Positions 56,776-64,000 of a DNA stretch of 64,000 nucleotides are shown here, in pieces. This stretch comes from an uncultured bacterium. Its GTDB lineage: Bacteria > SAR324 > NAC60-12. Where the stretch lies: the NCBI GenBank assembly GCA_965662235.1, contig CBFIGY010000016.1:1-64000 (forward strand). The letters are read 5' to 3'. The position numbers and the translations under genes were made by a program. Under the pieces are notes generated by a model, which did not search any database, was not told the origin of the DNA, and saw nothing but the letters and a program-made list of their open reading frames with translations. Positions within the stretch are counted from its first letter, which is position 1. Each line of letters begins with the position of its first letter.

Positions 56776-57843
56776 ATGGGCACCTTGGTCAAACGGTTGG
56801 AAGAGCAGCTCAAGCGCTACTGGATCGAACAGGAGACGCTGAAGACGTGGCGGGAGTGGGCGGAGCTGATCCGCAACGCCGGATGCGACATCGCATTGCC
56901 GTGTCCAGAAACCATTTCCGAATCCAAACGCCTGAGCTACATGGAATGGCTCCGGCACAGCGAATCGGCTTTTGAGCCGTATCCGGATTGGAGCATGCGG
57001 GTGACGAACCCGTCATGGCTGCATCGGTTCGACCTCAACCTGGTACCTCAGTCGCTCCGGGACAGTCCGAACACCAACAGCAATCCACTGGCTGACCTAG
57101 GGAACCTGCAGGTGGAGCTGGCGCGCCTGATCGACCAGATTCACGTGGTGCAGCAGAACATTGGTGGCGGTTCTCGGGCACCCAGTCCACCGGGCTTCAG
57201 CCGTCCCATGCCGCTTCCGGAGTTCGACCGTCCCAGTGCCGCGCCAGTGCTTTCGACCCAGTCTCTGGAAACGGAGCTGCGCATCAAGAACTCCATGAAC
57301 AAGCCTGCGGCGCCGCCGCCTCCGGTGGTGGAGGACGTTCATGAGCCCGAGCTGGTTCCGCTGCGAGAGGCCTACCTTTCCTTCAATGCCTGGTGTGCGC
57401 AGTTTGAGGAACTGCACATTCACCTGCAGGAACTCGTGGACGACCCGCTCCTGGTCCGCAGTGGCCACACCATTTCCTTCCGGCAGTTCATGCACCGCCT
57501 GGGGCGACGGGTGGAGGGCACGGAGCGGCAGGCGCAGATGGAACGCTACTTCAAAACCTTTGAGCGCATGCGGGGGCAGGGGGTGGATGTGAACCTGCCA
57601 GAGCCCGTGCTTCCGGAGCCAAGGAAAGAAGGTTTTGAAGCTCCCCCGGATTCAGAGTATCGTGATTTCAACAGCTGGCTGGTTTGGCTGCGGGAGCAGG
57701 GATACGATCCCTCCGAATTTGCATCTCGGCCCCTGGAGGTGCCCAGCAGCCACCGCATCTCCTTTCCTCAGTTCTGTCGACGCCTGGAGCGACGCCTAGA
57801 TCAGCCGGAGGCGTTCCGGCAGAAGCTGAACCTCGACAACTGA
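56776..57843 (+). CDS. Hypothetical protein with three internal ~45-aa repeats
   Basis: GGAGGA SD; repeated (F/W)xxW...(R/T)(I/L)S(F/Y)xx(F/W)xR unit. Confidence 0.75.
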   Translation: MGTLVKRLEEQLKRYWIEQETLKTWREWAELIRNAGCDIALPCPETISESKRLSYMEWLRHSESAFEPYPDWSMRVTNPSWLHRFDLNLVPQSLRDSPNTNSNPLADLGNLQVELARLIDQIHVVQQNIGGGSRAPSPPGFSRPMPLPEFDRPSAAPVLSTQSLETELRIKNSMNKPAAPPPPVVEDVHEPELVPLREAYLSFNAWCAQFEELHIHLQELVDDPLLVRSGHTISFRQFMHRLGRRVEGTERQAQMERYFKTFERMRGQGVDVNLPEPVLPEPRKEGFEAPPDSEYRDFNSWLVWLREQGYDPSEFASRPLEVPSSHRISFPQFCRRLERRLDQPEAFRQKLNLDN

Positions 57844-57907
57844 GCCCTCTTTTTCAGAAACAGGCTGAAGGCCTGATGGCAATCCTTACTTGACGAAACA
57901 AACTCCC

Positions 57908-58927
57908 ATGCAAGCTCAACTTGATGCCCTGCACCAGCAGGCCCTCGACGAACTCCGTGCCCTTGAAACCGCTGACGCCCTCCCCGAGTGGTACCGGACC
58001 TACCTGGGAAGAAAGGGGAAGATGACGGAGGTCCTCAAGGGGTTGGGCGCACTGAGCGCTGAGGAACGTCCTCAGATGGGAAAGCTCGTCAACGAGGTCA
58101 AGGAAGCGCTGCAGCAGGCCTTTGACTCGCGTCAGGAGGAGCTCCGGCAGGCCAAGCTGCAGCAGGAAATTGCCGCAGACGCTATCGACGTCACCCTTCC
58201 GGGACGCAAGGTGCAGTCCGGGCACATCCACCTGACCAATCAGGTCCTCCGGAAGATCTATGGCATCTTTGGCGAGATGGGCTTTCAGGTTTATGAGGCG
58301 CCTGAGGTGGAAACCGATGAGCTGAACTTCCAGATGCTCAACATCCCGGAATACCACCCGGCGCGGGACATGTGGGATACGTTTTGGGTCAACGACGAGG
58401 TGGTGCTTCGGACCCACACCTCTCCGGGACAGATCCGGGCGATGCGGGAGTCGTATCCGAACCCCATCCGCGTCATTCTGCCAGGGAAGTGCTACCGCTA
58501 TGAGCAGATCACTCCCCGTTCGGAGCATCAGTTTTATCAGGTGGAAGGACTGGCAGTGGGAAAGAACATCCGGATGACGGACCTGATTGGCGTCATGCAG
58601 GAGTTTGCCAAGAAGATGTATGGGCAGGAGCGGCAGATCCGTATCCGGGGCAGCTACTTCCCCTTCACGGAACCGAGCGTGGAGGTGGACATGAGCTGTA
58701 CCTGTGACTTTGCCGGGTGCCGGCTCTGTAAGTACACGGGTTGGCTGGAAATTGCTGGGGCGGGCATGGTGCACCCCGTGGTCCTCCGAAACGGCGGCTA
58801 CGATCCGGAGGAGTGGACGGGCTTTGCCTTTGGCATGGGCGTGGAGCGTCCGGCCCTGCTCAAGCATGGCATTCAGGACATCCGTTACTTCTACAGCAAC
58901 GACCTCCGCTTCCTCCGCCAGTTCTGA
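57908..58927 (+). CDS. pheS: Phenylalanine-tRNA ligase alpha subunit
   Basis: YLGRKG, HPARDMWDTF, LRTHTSPGQ, YFPFTEPS, GFAFGMGVER. Confidence 0.97.
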   Translation: MQAQLDALHQQALDELRALETADALPEWYRTYLGRKGKMTEVLKGLGALSAEERPQMGKLVNEVKEALQQAFDSRQEELRQAKLQQEIAADAIDVTLPGRKVQSGHIHLTNQVLRKIYGIFGEMGFQVYEAPEVETDELNFQMLNIPEYHPARDMWDTFWVNDEVVLRTHTSPGQIRAMRESYPNPIRVILPGKCYRYEQITPRSEHQFYQVEGLAVGKNIRMTDLIGVMQEFAKKMYGQERQIRIRGSYFPFTEPSVEVDMSCTCDFAGCRLCKYTGWLEIAGAGMVHPVVLRNGGYDPEEWTGFAFGMGVERPALLKHGIQDIRYFYSNDLRFLRQF

Positions 58928-58930
58928 GCC

Positions 58931-59374
58931 CTAAAGGGTTTCGACAAACGTGACAATCTGCCAGCGCTCTTCTTCACTGAGCATTTCCTTGAACGGGGGC
59001 ATCGCGCTTTTTTGCGTGAGGGCGCCCTCGGAAACGCGCCAGTAGAGGAACGTGGCGTCGACCATGGGCATCTGAACCGCCCGGGCCAGGTTGGCCGGGC
59101 TCGGCTGAAGAGACGCTGCGACAGGACCATCTCCTTGTCCGGACGCCCCATGGCAGGAGGCACAGTTGGTCTGATATAGCTCGGCGCCCCGACGGAGCGT
59201 CGCCTCATCAGCCACCAGAGGATTGCGCAACGTCGCGTAGGCGTCCGGGACGCTGTGCGAGGTCATCATGTGCCGCATGATCTGTCCGGGACGGGGCAAC
59301 CAGCCTGTCGTCCAGCCCCAACCGGCGACCCCAATCATGATCCCCAACGCGATTCCTGCCATTTTGATTCCCAT
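58931..59374 (-). CDS. Monoheme c-type cytochrome
   Basis: CASCH, G.GDGP.A..L.PSPANL, SAMPPF; Met/His patch MRHMMTSH. Confidence 0.9.
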   Translation of the reverse strand: MGIKMAGIALGIMIGVAGWGWTTGWLPRPGQIMRHMMTSHSVPDAYATLRNPLVADEATLRRGAELYQTNCASCHGASGQGDGPVAASLQPSPANLARAVQMPMVDATFLYWRVSEGALTQKSAMPPFKEMLSEEERWQIVTFVETL

Positions 59375-59386
59375 AGACGAACAACC

Positions 59387-59875
59387 TTACTGATCGGGCA
59401 TCATCGAATGCCGCAGTTGAATTTCTTGAGGCCACAGCGATTTGAGGTACTGAATCACACTGACGATTTCCTCGTCGGTGAGACGGCCTTCAAAGCCCTT
59501 CATCGGGGAATCCTTGGCAGGGGAATCCTTGGCAATGGAGCCGTGCTTCACCGTGTTGAAGAGCATGGTGTTGGGGTGATGCCACATGTGTCCGGTGCCA
59601 TTGAGGGCCGGAGCAAGGTAAACCCCGTTGTCCTTGACACCTCCTTTGGGAGAGCGTGGGTTTTCTCCCACCCCCTCGTCTCCGTGACAGGAGGCACAGT
59701 TCTGCGCAAAGAGTTCCTTACCCTGCGCAATTTGGGCAGATGTGGGTGGCTTCGTCAAGGCTGCTTGTGCCGAGGAGGCCCCGTTAAAGAAGTAAAACCC
59801 GCCTGCTAGGACTAGGGGCAGGAGGACCAGTCCCCACATCAGCGGGGACTCTTTGCGTTTTTTCGCTTGGGTCAT
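59387..59875 (-). CDS. Monoheme c-type cytochrome
   Basis: CASCH, APALNGTGHMWHH, MKGFEGRLTDEEI...YLKSLWP. Confidence 0.9.
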   Translation of the reverse strand: MTQAKKRKESPLMWGLVLLPLVLAGGFYFFNGASSAQAALTKPPTSAQIAQGKELFAQNCASCHGDEGVGENPRSPKGGVKDNGVYLAPALNGTGHMWHHPNTMLFNTVKHGSIAKDSPAKDSPMKGFEGRLTDEEIVSVIQYLKSLWPQEIQLRHSMMPDQ

Positions 59876-59932
59876 AAGGCTCTGTTGATGAGTTGAACGA
59901 TCGAAGAAATCACAAACAATCGACCGGACGGC

Positions 59933-60253
59933 TCATAGCAGCAGCACACGGGTTCTGAGGAAGAGGGGCGGCACCGCCGGGTCGGGCGCCTGAGGAGGCA
60001 GGAAGGCGGACACAGGACGTGACCCAGGCACCCGGTGAGTCAGTCGCACTGGAGTGGGAGCTTTGCTCTTGCTCAGCGCCAAGGACGGTCCCGGAAGTGG
60101 CGTTTGCGAAAGCAGGCAGTCCTGATGCTGCCACTGCAGGCACCCGCGCATGGGGCAGTCGTGGGGTGAGCGCTCCTGTGCCTGCGCCGAGCCCGAGGCT
60201 CCCAAGGCGGCAAGCACCAGCAGCCAACCGATGAGGTGAAGAGACAAACGCAT
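59933..60253 (-). CDS. Small Cys/His-containing exported-type leader protein (DUF2946-like architecture)
   Basis: Signal-like N-terminus, HDCPMRGC...HQDC, Pro-rich tail PPQAPDPAVPPLFLRTRVLLL; start 60253 or 60280. Confidence 0.55.
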   Translation of the reverse strand: MRLSLHLIGWLLVLAALGASGSAQAQERSPHDCPMRGCLQWQHQDCLLSQTPLPGPSLALSKSKAPTPVRLTHRVPGSRPVSAFLPPQAPDPAVPPLFLRTRVLLL

Positions 60254-60292
60254 CAAGCCTGTTCCGGAAGAAAACTTCATCACTGACCCAGT

Positions 60293-60321
60293 AAAGTATA
60301 CCCTAGTGGGGTATCCGTCAA
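60293..60321 (-). promoter_or_regulatory. Sigma70-type promoter overlapped by a CsoR/RcnR-type operator
   Basis: Minus strand TTGACG-17 bp-TACTTT; palindrome ATACCC-TAGTG-GGGTAT at 60298-60314. Confidence 0.75.
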
Positions 60322-60384
60322 GGAGCGTGAGCAAACCTGCGGCACGCCTTATCTCAGCAACCTGATCTTTTTGGAGGTTCCCTC

Positions 60385-61734
60385 ATGACATCTGCTTCCC
60401 GACCCTGGCTTCCGGAAGCCGCACAGGCTTTTTGGGAGAAAGAAACCCGCACCCTCGCCGGGCGCTCCAGTGAGGAATTGGAGCGGCGCCTGCTCCGACT
60501 GGTAGAGGGCAACCGCGAGTTGCACGATCAGCAGTGTGTCAACCTAGACCCGGCGACCAACACCATGAACCCTCGTGCCGAGGCGTTGCTTGCCAGTGGG
60601 TTGGGGTCTCGGCCGTCGCTGGGGTATCCCGGAGACAAGTATGAGACCGGTCTGGAGGCAATTGAAAAGATTGAGGTTCTGGCACATCAGCTGGTCTCAG
60701 AGGTCTTCCGGAGTCCCTTTGCGGAGCTACGGGTTGCTTCGGGGGCCATGGCCAACCTCTATGCGTTCATGGCCACCACTCAGCCGGGAGATTCCGTGCT
60801 GGTGCCTCCTCCGGAAATTGGAGGACACGTCACCCATCAATCCGCTGGCGCAGCAGGACTTTATGGACTGACGATTCATCCGGCGCCCATTGACGCGGAG
60901 CGCTACACCGTGGACCTAGATGCCCTCCGGGAGCAGGTCCACGCGCAACGGCCTCGGCTGATCACAATTGGGGGAAGCCTCAACCTGACGCATCATCCGG
61001 TGGCGGCGCTCCGGGAGATTGCAGACGAGGTGGGGGCGTGGCTGCTGTTTGATGCGGCGCACCTCTGTGGGATGATCGCCGGCGGTGCTTGGCCAAATCC
61101 CTTGGAAGAGGGCGCGCACCTGATGACCTTCAGTACCTACAAAAGCCTGGGAGGCCCTCCTTCCGGAGTGGTGCTGACGCAGGAAGCCGAACTGGCAGAG
61201 CGGCTGGAGGCCATTGCGTTTCCTGGATTGACGGCGAACCATGACGCCGGAAAGGTGGCCGCTTTGGCAATGACCCTGCTGGACTGGCGGGAGCACGGTG
61301 CCGCTTACGCGACGCAGATGAAGGAGACCGCCTGGGCCCTCGCAGAGGCTTTGGCGCAACAGGGTCTTCCGGTGCATCGAGCCGGTGGCACCTGGACCGT
61401 GTCTCATCAGCTGGCTCTGCAGGCAGCCCGTTGGGGAGGAGGACAAGCCCTGGCCCGGCACCTCCGTCAGGCCAATCTGCTGACCTGCGGCATTGGGTTG
61501 CCGATTGCACCCGTTTCCGGTGATCTGAATGGCTTGCGGCTGGGAACGCCTGAAATGGTCCGCTGGGGCCTGACCCCGGCAGAGGCTCCGGAGCTGGCAG
61601 CGTTCTTTGAGCGCTTGCTGGTGCACGAAGAGGCTCCGGCTGCTGTGGCGCCCGAGGTGTCACGGTTTCGGCAGCGTTTCACGGAGCTTCAGTTCATCCG
61701 TCCAGCGCAATCAAGCGCTGAGGTCGGAAACTAA
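60385..61734 (+). CDS. glyA: Serine hydroxymethyltransferase-family PLP enzyme, divergent paralog
   Basis: SLGYPGDKY, SGAMANL, GGHVTH, FDAAH, STYKSLGGP, GLRLGT. Confidence 0.8.
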   Translation: MTSASRPWLPEAAQAFWEKETRTLAGRSSEELERRLLRLVEGNRELHDQQCVNLDPATNTMNPRAEALLASGLGSRPSLGYPGDKYETGLEAIEKIEVLAHQLVSEVFRSPFAELRVASGAMANLYAFMATTQPGDSVLVPPPEIGGHVTHQSAGAAGLYGLTIHPAPIDAERYTVDLDALREQVHAQRPRLITIGGSLNLTHHPVAALREIADEVGAWLLFDAAHLCGMIAGGAWPNPLEEGAHLMTFSTYKSLGGPPSGVVLTQEAELAERLEAIAFPGLTANHDAGKVAALAMTLLDWREHGAAYATQMKETAWALAEALAQQGLPVHRAGGTWTVSHQLALQAARWGGGQALARHLRQANLLTCGIGLPIAPVSGDLNGLRLGTPEMVRWGLTPAEAPELAAFFERLLVHEEAPAAVAPEVSRFRQRFTELQFIRPAQSSAEVGN

Positions 61735-61837
61735 AGTTGATTCTGCAAGAGTGTTTCATTAGGATCCCTCCAGCCGCTCCGGGAGCCCCTTGCTTCCGGG
61801 TTGCGGAGACCTCTTCACTCCTGACTCAACCGCCTCC

Positions 61838-62761
61838 ATGTCCACTGCAAGCCATCTGACTGCTCCCCGTGGCGTCATCCCACCGATGATCACGCCTCTT
61901 CAAGATCCTGACACCCTCGACGTTGCGGGCACGGCGCGGCTGGTCGAACGCATCCTCGCCGGCGGGGTGCACGGACTCTTTCTGCTCGGGTCCACAGGAG
62001 AAGGCCCCGCGCTTTCCTATGAACTCCGGAAGCAACTTGTGCAGGTGGTCTGTGAGCAGGTCAACGGCCGTGTGCCGGTGTTGGTGGGGATCACGGACTC
62101 GGTGTTTGAAGAGTCGGTCAAGATGGCGCAGTTTGCTCAGCAAGCGGGAGCCCGCTTTGTGGTGGCCTCAACTCCATACTACTTTCCCCTGTTTCAGCCG
62201 GAGCTGGTCCGTTGGATGACGGAACTGGCAGAGGCCTCTCCGCTGCCGGTGCTGCTGTACAACATGCCCGGCATGACCAAGGTTTCATTTTCGGTGGAAA
62301 GCGTCCGGACGCTGGCCGAGCATCCGAACATCGTCGGCATCAAGGACAGCTCCGGAGACCTAGGTTTCTTCCACCAGCTGCTCCGCGCGGTGCAGGAGGT
62401 GCCAGACTTCCCGGTGATTGCAGGTCCGGAAGAGCTGCTTGCCGAGACGGTGCTGCTTGGGGGCGGAGGAGGGGTTCCCGGAGGCGCCAACCTGTTTCCC
62501 AAGCTGTACGTGGACCTCTATGAGGCTGCTTGCCAAGACGACCTAGAAACCGTCCGGCGTTTGCAGAAGCAGGTCATTGAGATTGAAGCGACCCTGTACG
62601 TTCATGGCGCCTACGGCTCCGGAGTGACCCAGGGACTGAAGTGTGTTGCGGAGGCTCAGGGGCTCTGTGGTGGCGCCCTCTGCCGACCGTTTCAACCGCT
62701 GGGGGGAACCGTCCGCGACGGCATCCTGGCACGTATGCAGGAGTGGAACGCTCTGGAGTAA
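61838..62761 (+). CDS. Dihydrodipicolinate synthase/N-acetylneuraminate lyase family aldolase
   Basis: PPMITP, LGSTGEG, LYNMP, GIKDSSGD. Confidence 0.9.
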   Translation: MSTASHLTAPRGVIPPMITPLQDPDTLDVAGTARLVERILAGGVHGLFLLGSTGEGPALSYELRKQLVQVVCEQVNGRVPVLVGITDSVFEESVKMAQFAQQAGARFVVASTPYYFPLFQPELVRWMTELAEASPLPVLLYNMPGMTKVSFSVESVRTLAEHPNIVGIKDSSGDLGFFHQLLRAVQEVPDFPVIAGPEELLAETVLLGGGGGVPGGANLFPKLYVDLYEAACQDDLETVRRLQKQVIEIEATLYVHGAYGSGVTQGLKCVAEAQGLCGGALCRPFQPLGGTVRDGILARMQEWNALE

Positions 62762-63006
62762 CCGCCGTCGCCCTAGCGGTTGGAAACCCCGTGGCCTCCC
62801 GGATCAAGGGCAGCAAAACGCGGACTTTTGGTTCATAAAACCCGTAAAAACCTGCTGCCTGGTCGCCTCAATTGGGAGTCAAAAGCGTGTTGATTGGGCA
62901 CGTTTCTCTTGCGAATATCTGATCATCCACTACCCTTTGCGCCTTCAGTCACCCGGATGGACCGGGTGGCAGGCACTTGTTACATCCCCTCACATGGAGT
63001 CAACTC

Positions 63007-64000
63007 ATGAAGCCTCTTTCTCGCCGTTCCATGCTTTCCGCGCTGACGGTGGCCTGTGTTGCGGCAGGAACTCTGTTGACGAGTTCCTCGGCCTGGGCCA
63101 ACAAAATCACGCTGCGGATGTCCACACCGGCCACGGAAACCGATATCCGGTGCCAAGGGCTGCAAAATGTCTTTGCTGCTAAAGTCAGCAGCTTTGCCGA
63201 TTATCAACCGCACTACAACGCCACCCTGTTCAAGCAGAACACGGAGTTGACCGCTATCGCCCGGGGCAACCTGGAGATGTCCATCACTTCGGCACAGGAA
63301 CTCGCCAAGTTAATTCCGGAGTGGTCGGTGTTTACATCCGGCTACCTGCTGCGCGATGCAGACCACCAGCAAAAGGTCTTTAACAGCGACGTGGGGCAGG
63401 AGTTTTACAAAATGGCAGAAGACAAGCTGGGCATTAAGCTGCTCGGCGTCATGTACTTTGGCAAGCGGCACCTGAACCTGCGGACGGAGAACAAGGTGAT
63501 GACGCCCGCGGACATGGCCGGCATCAAGCTCCGCATGCCCGGAACCGATGCTTGGCAGTTCCTTGGGAAAGCCCTGGGCGCGAACCCGACTCCGATGGCC
63601 TTCACTGAGGTGTACACCGGCCTGCAGACGGGCGCCATTGACGGACAGGACAACCCTCTGCCCACGGACAAGGACAAGAAGTTCCATGAGGTGACCAAGC
63701 AGATCATCCTCACCGGGCACCTGGCAGACATGAACTTCCTCGCCCTGAGCAAGAAGGTGTGGGACGGCCTGACCCCGGCGCAGCAGCGTCAGATGCAGGA
63801 CGCCGCTGATGATGCAATGCAGGTCATCAGCATCAACGTTGAGTCTCAGGAAGCCCTGCTGGAAGACTTCTTCCGGAATGAAGGCCTGCAGGTGTACACC
63901 CCGAATGTGGACGCCTTCCGCTCTCGTGTTCAGAAGATGTACCTGGAGTCCGAGTTCTCTCAAGACTGGCCTGCAGGCGTTGTGGAGCGAGTCAACGCGA
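63007..64000 (+). CDS. dctP: TRAP transporter substrate-binding protein DctP (runs off the window)
   Basis: Hand translation, absent from the ORF track because no stop is reached: MKPLSRRSML..., GIKLRMPG, ALGANPTPMAFTEVYTGLQTGAIDGQDNP. Confidence 0.92.
   Translation, partial: MKPLSRRSMLSALTVACVAAGTLLTSSSAWANKITLRMSTPATETDIRCQGLQNVFAAKVSSFADYQPHYNATLFKQNTELTAIARGNLEMSITSAQELAKLIPEWSVFTSGYLLRDADHQQKVFNSDVGQEFYKMAEDKLGIKLLGVMYFGKRHLNLRTENKVMTPADMAGIKLRMPGTDAWQFLGKALGANPTPMAFTEVYTGLQTGAIDGQDNPLPTDKDKKFHEVTKQIILTGHLADMNFLALSKKVWDGLTPAQQRQMQDAADDAMQVISINVESQEALLEDFFRNEGLQVYTPNVDAFRSRVQKMYLESEFSQDWPAGVVERVNA

Noticed and set aside
63007..64000. Apparent gene-free or pseudogene region at the right edge
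   Set aside because: The frame from ATG 63007 reads as DctP and simply runs off the window.

Overview
A 64 kb, GC-rich (roughly 60% by eye) chromosomal window. Its gene mix suggests a deltaproteobacteria-like, possibly SAR324-type, bacterium; this is inference, not verified. It holds about 50 tightly packed CDSs: housekeeping genes (pyrF, ispD, polA, lptC, lpxA, pheS, tlyA, a parB-like gene), two split flagellar blocks (fliF-fliH-fliI without fliG; fliJ-motE-fliK-flgD-flgE), a nucleoside ABC/hydrolase operon, signalling proteins, a TPR-CHAT protease and a small metal-regulated cytochrome operon. A tRNA-His at the left edge is followed by the probable start of an integrated element. No CRISPR array, rRNA or intact transposase was seen. 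The most unusual signals are: (1) strong over-representation of the palindrome TCCGGA, plus an orphan N4-C-type methyltransferase carrying 21 R(R/Y)EDR(P/S) repeats; (2) two densely base-paired 450-500 nt intergenic regions that look like unannotated structured RNAs; (3) three similarly built glycine-zipper proteins ending in a beta-signal-like strand next to lptC; (4) a CsoR-type operator with a candidate leader ORF ahead of two cytochromes c; (5) several degenerate or fused enzymes. All calls are by eye; no database search or folding program was run.
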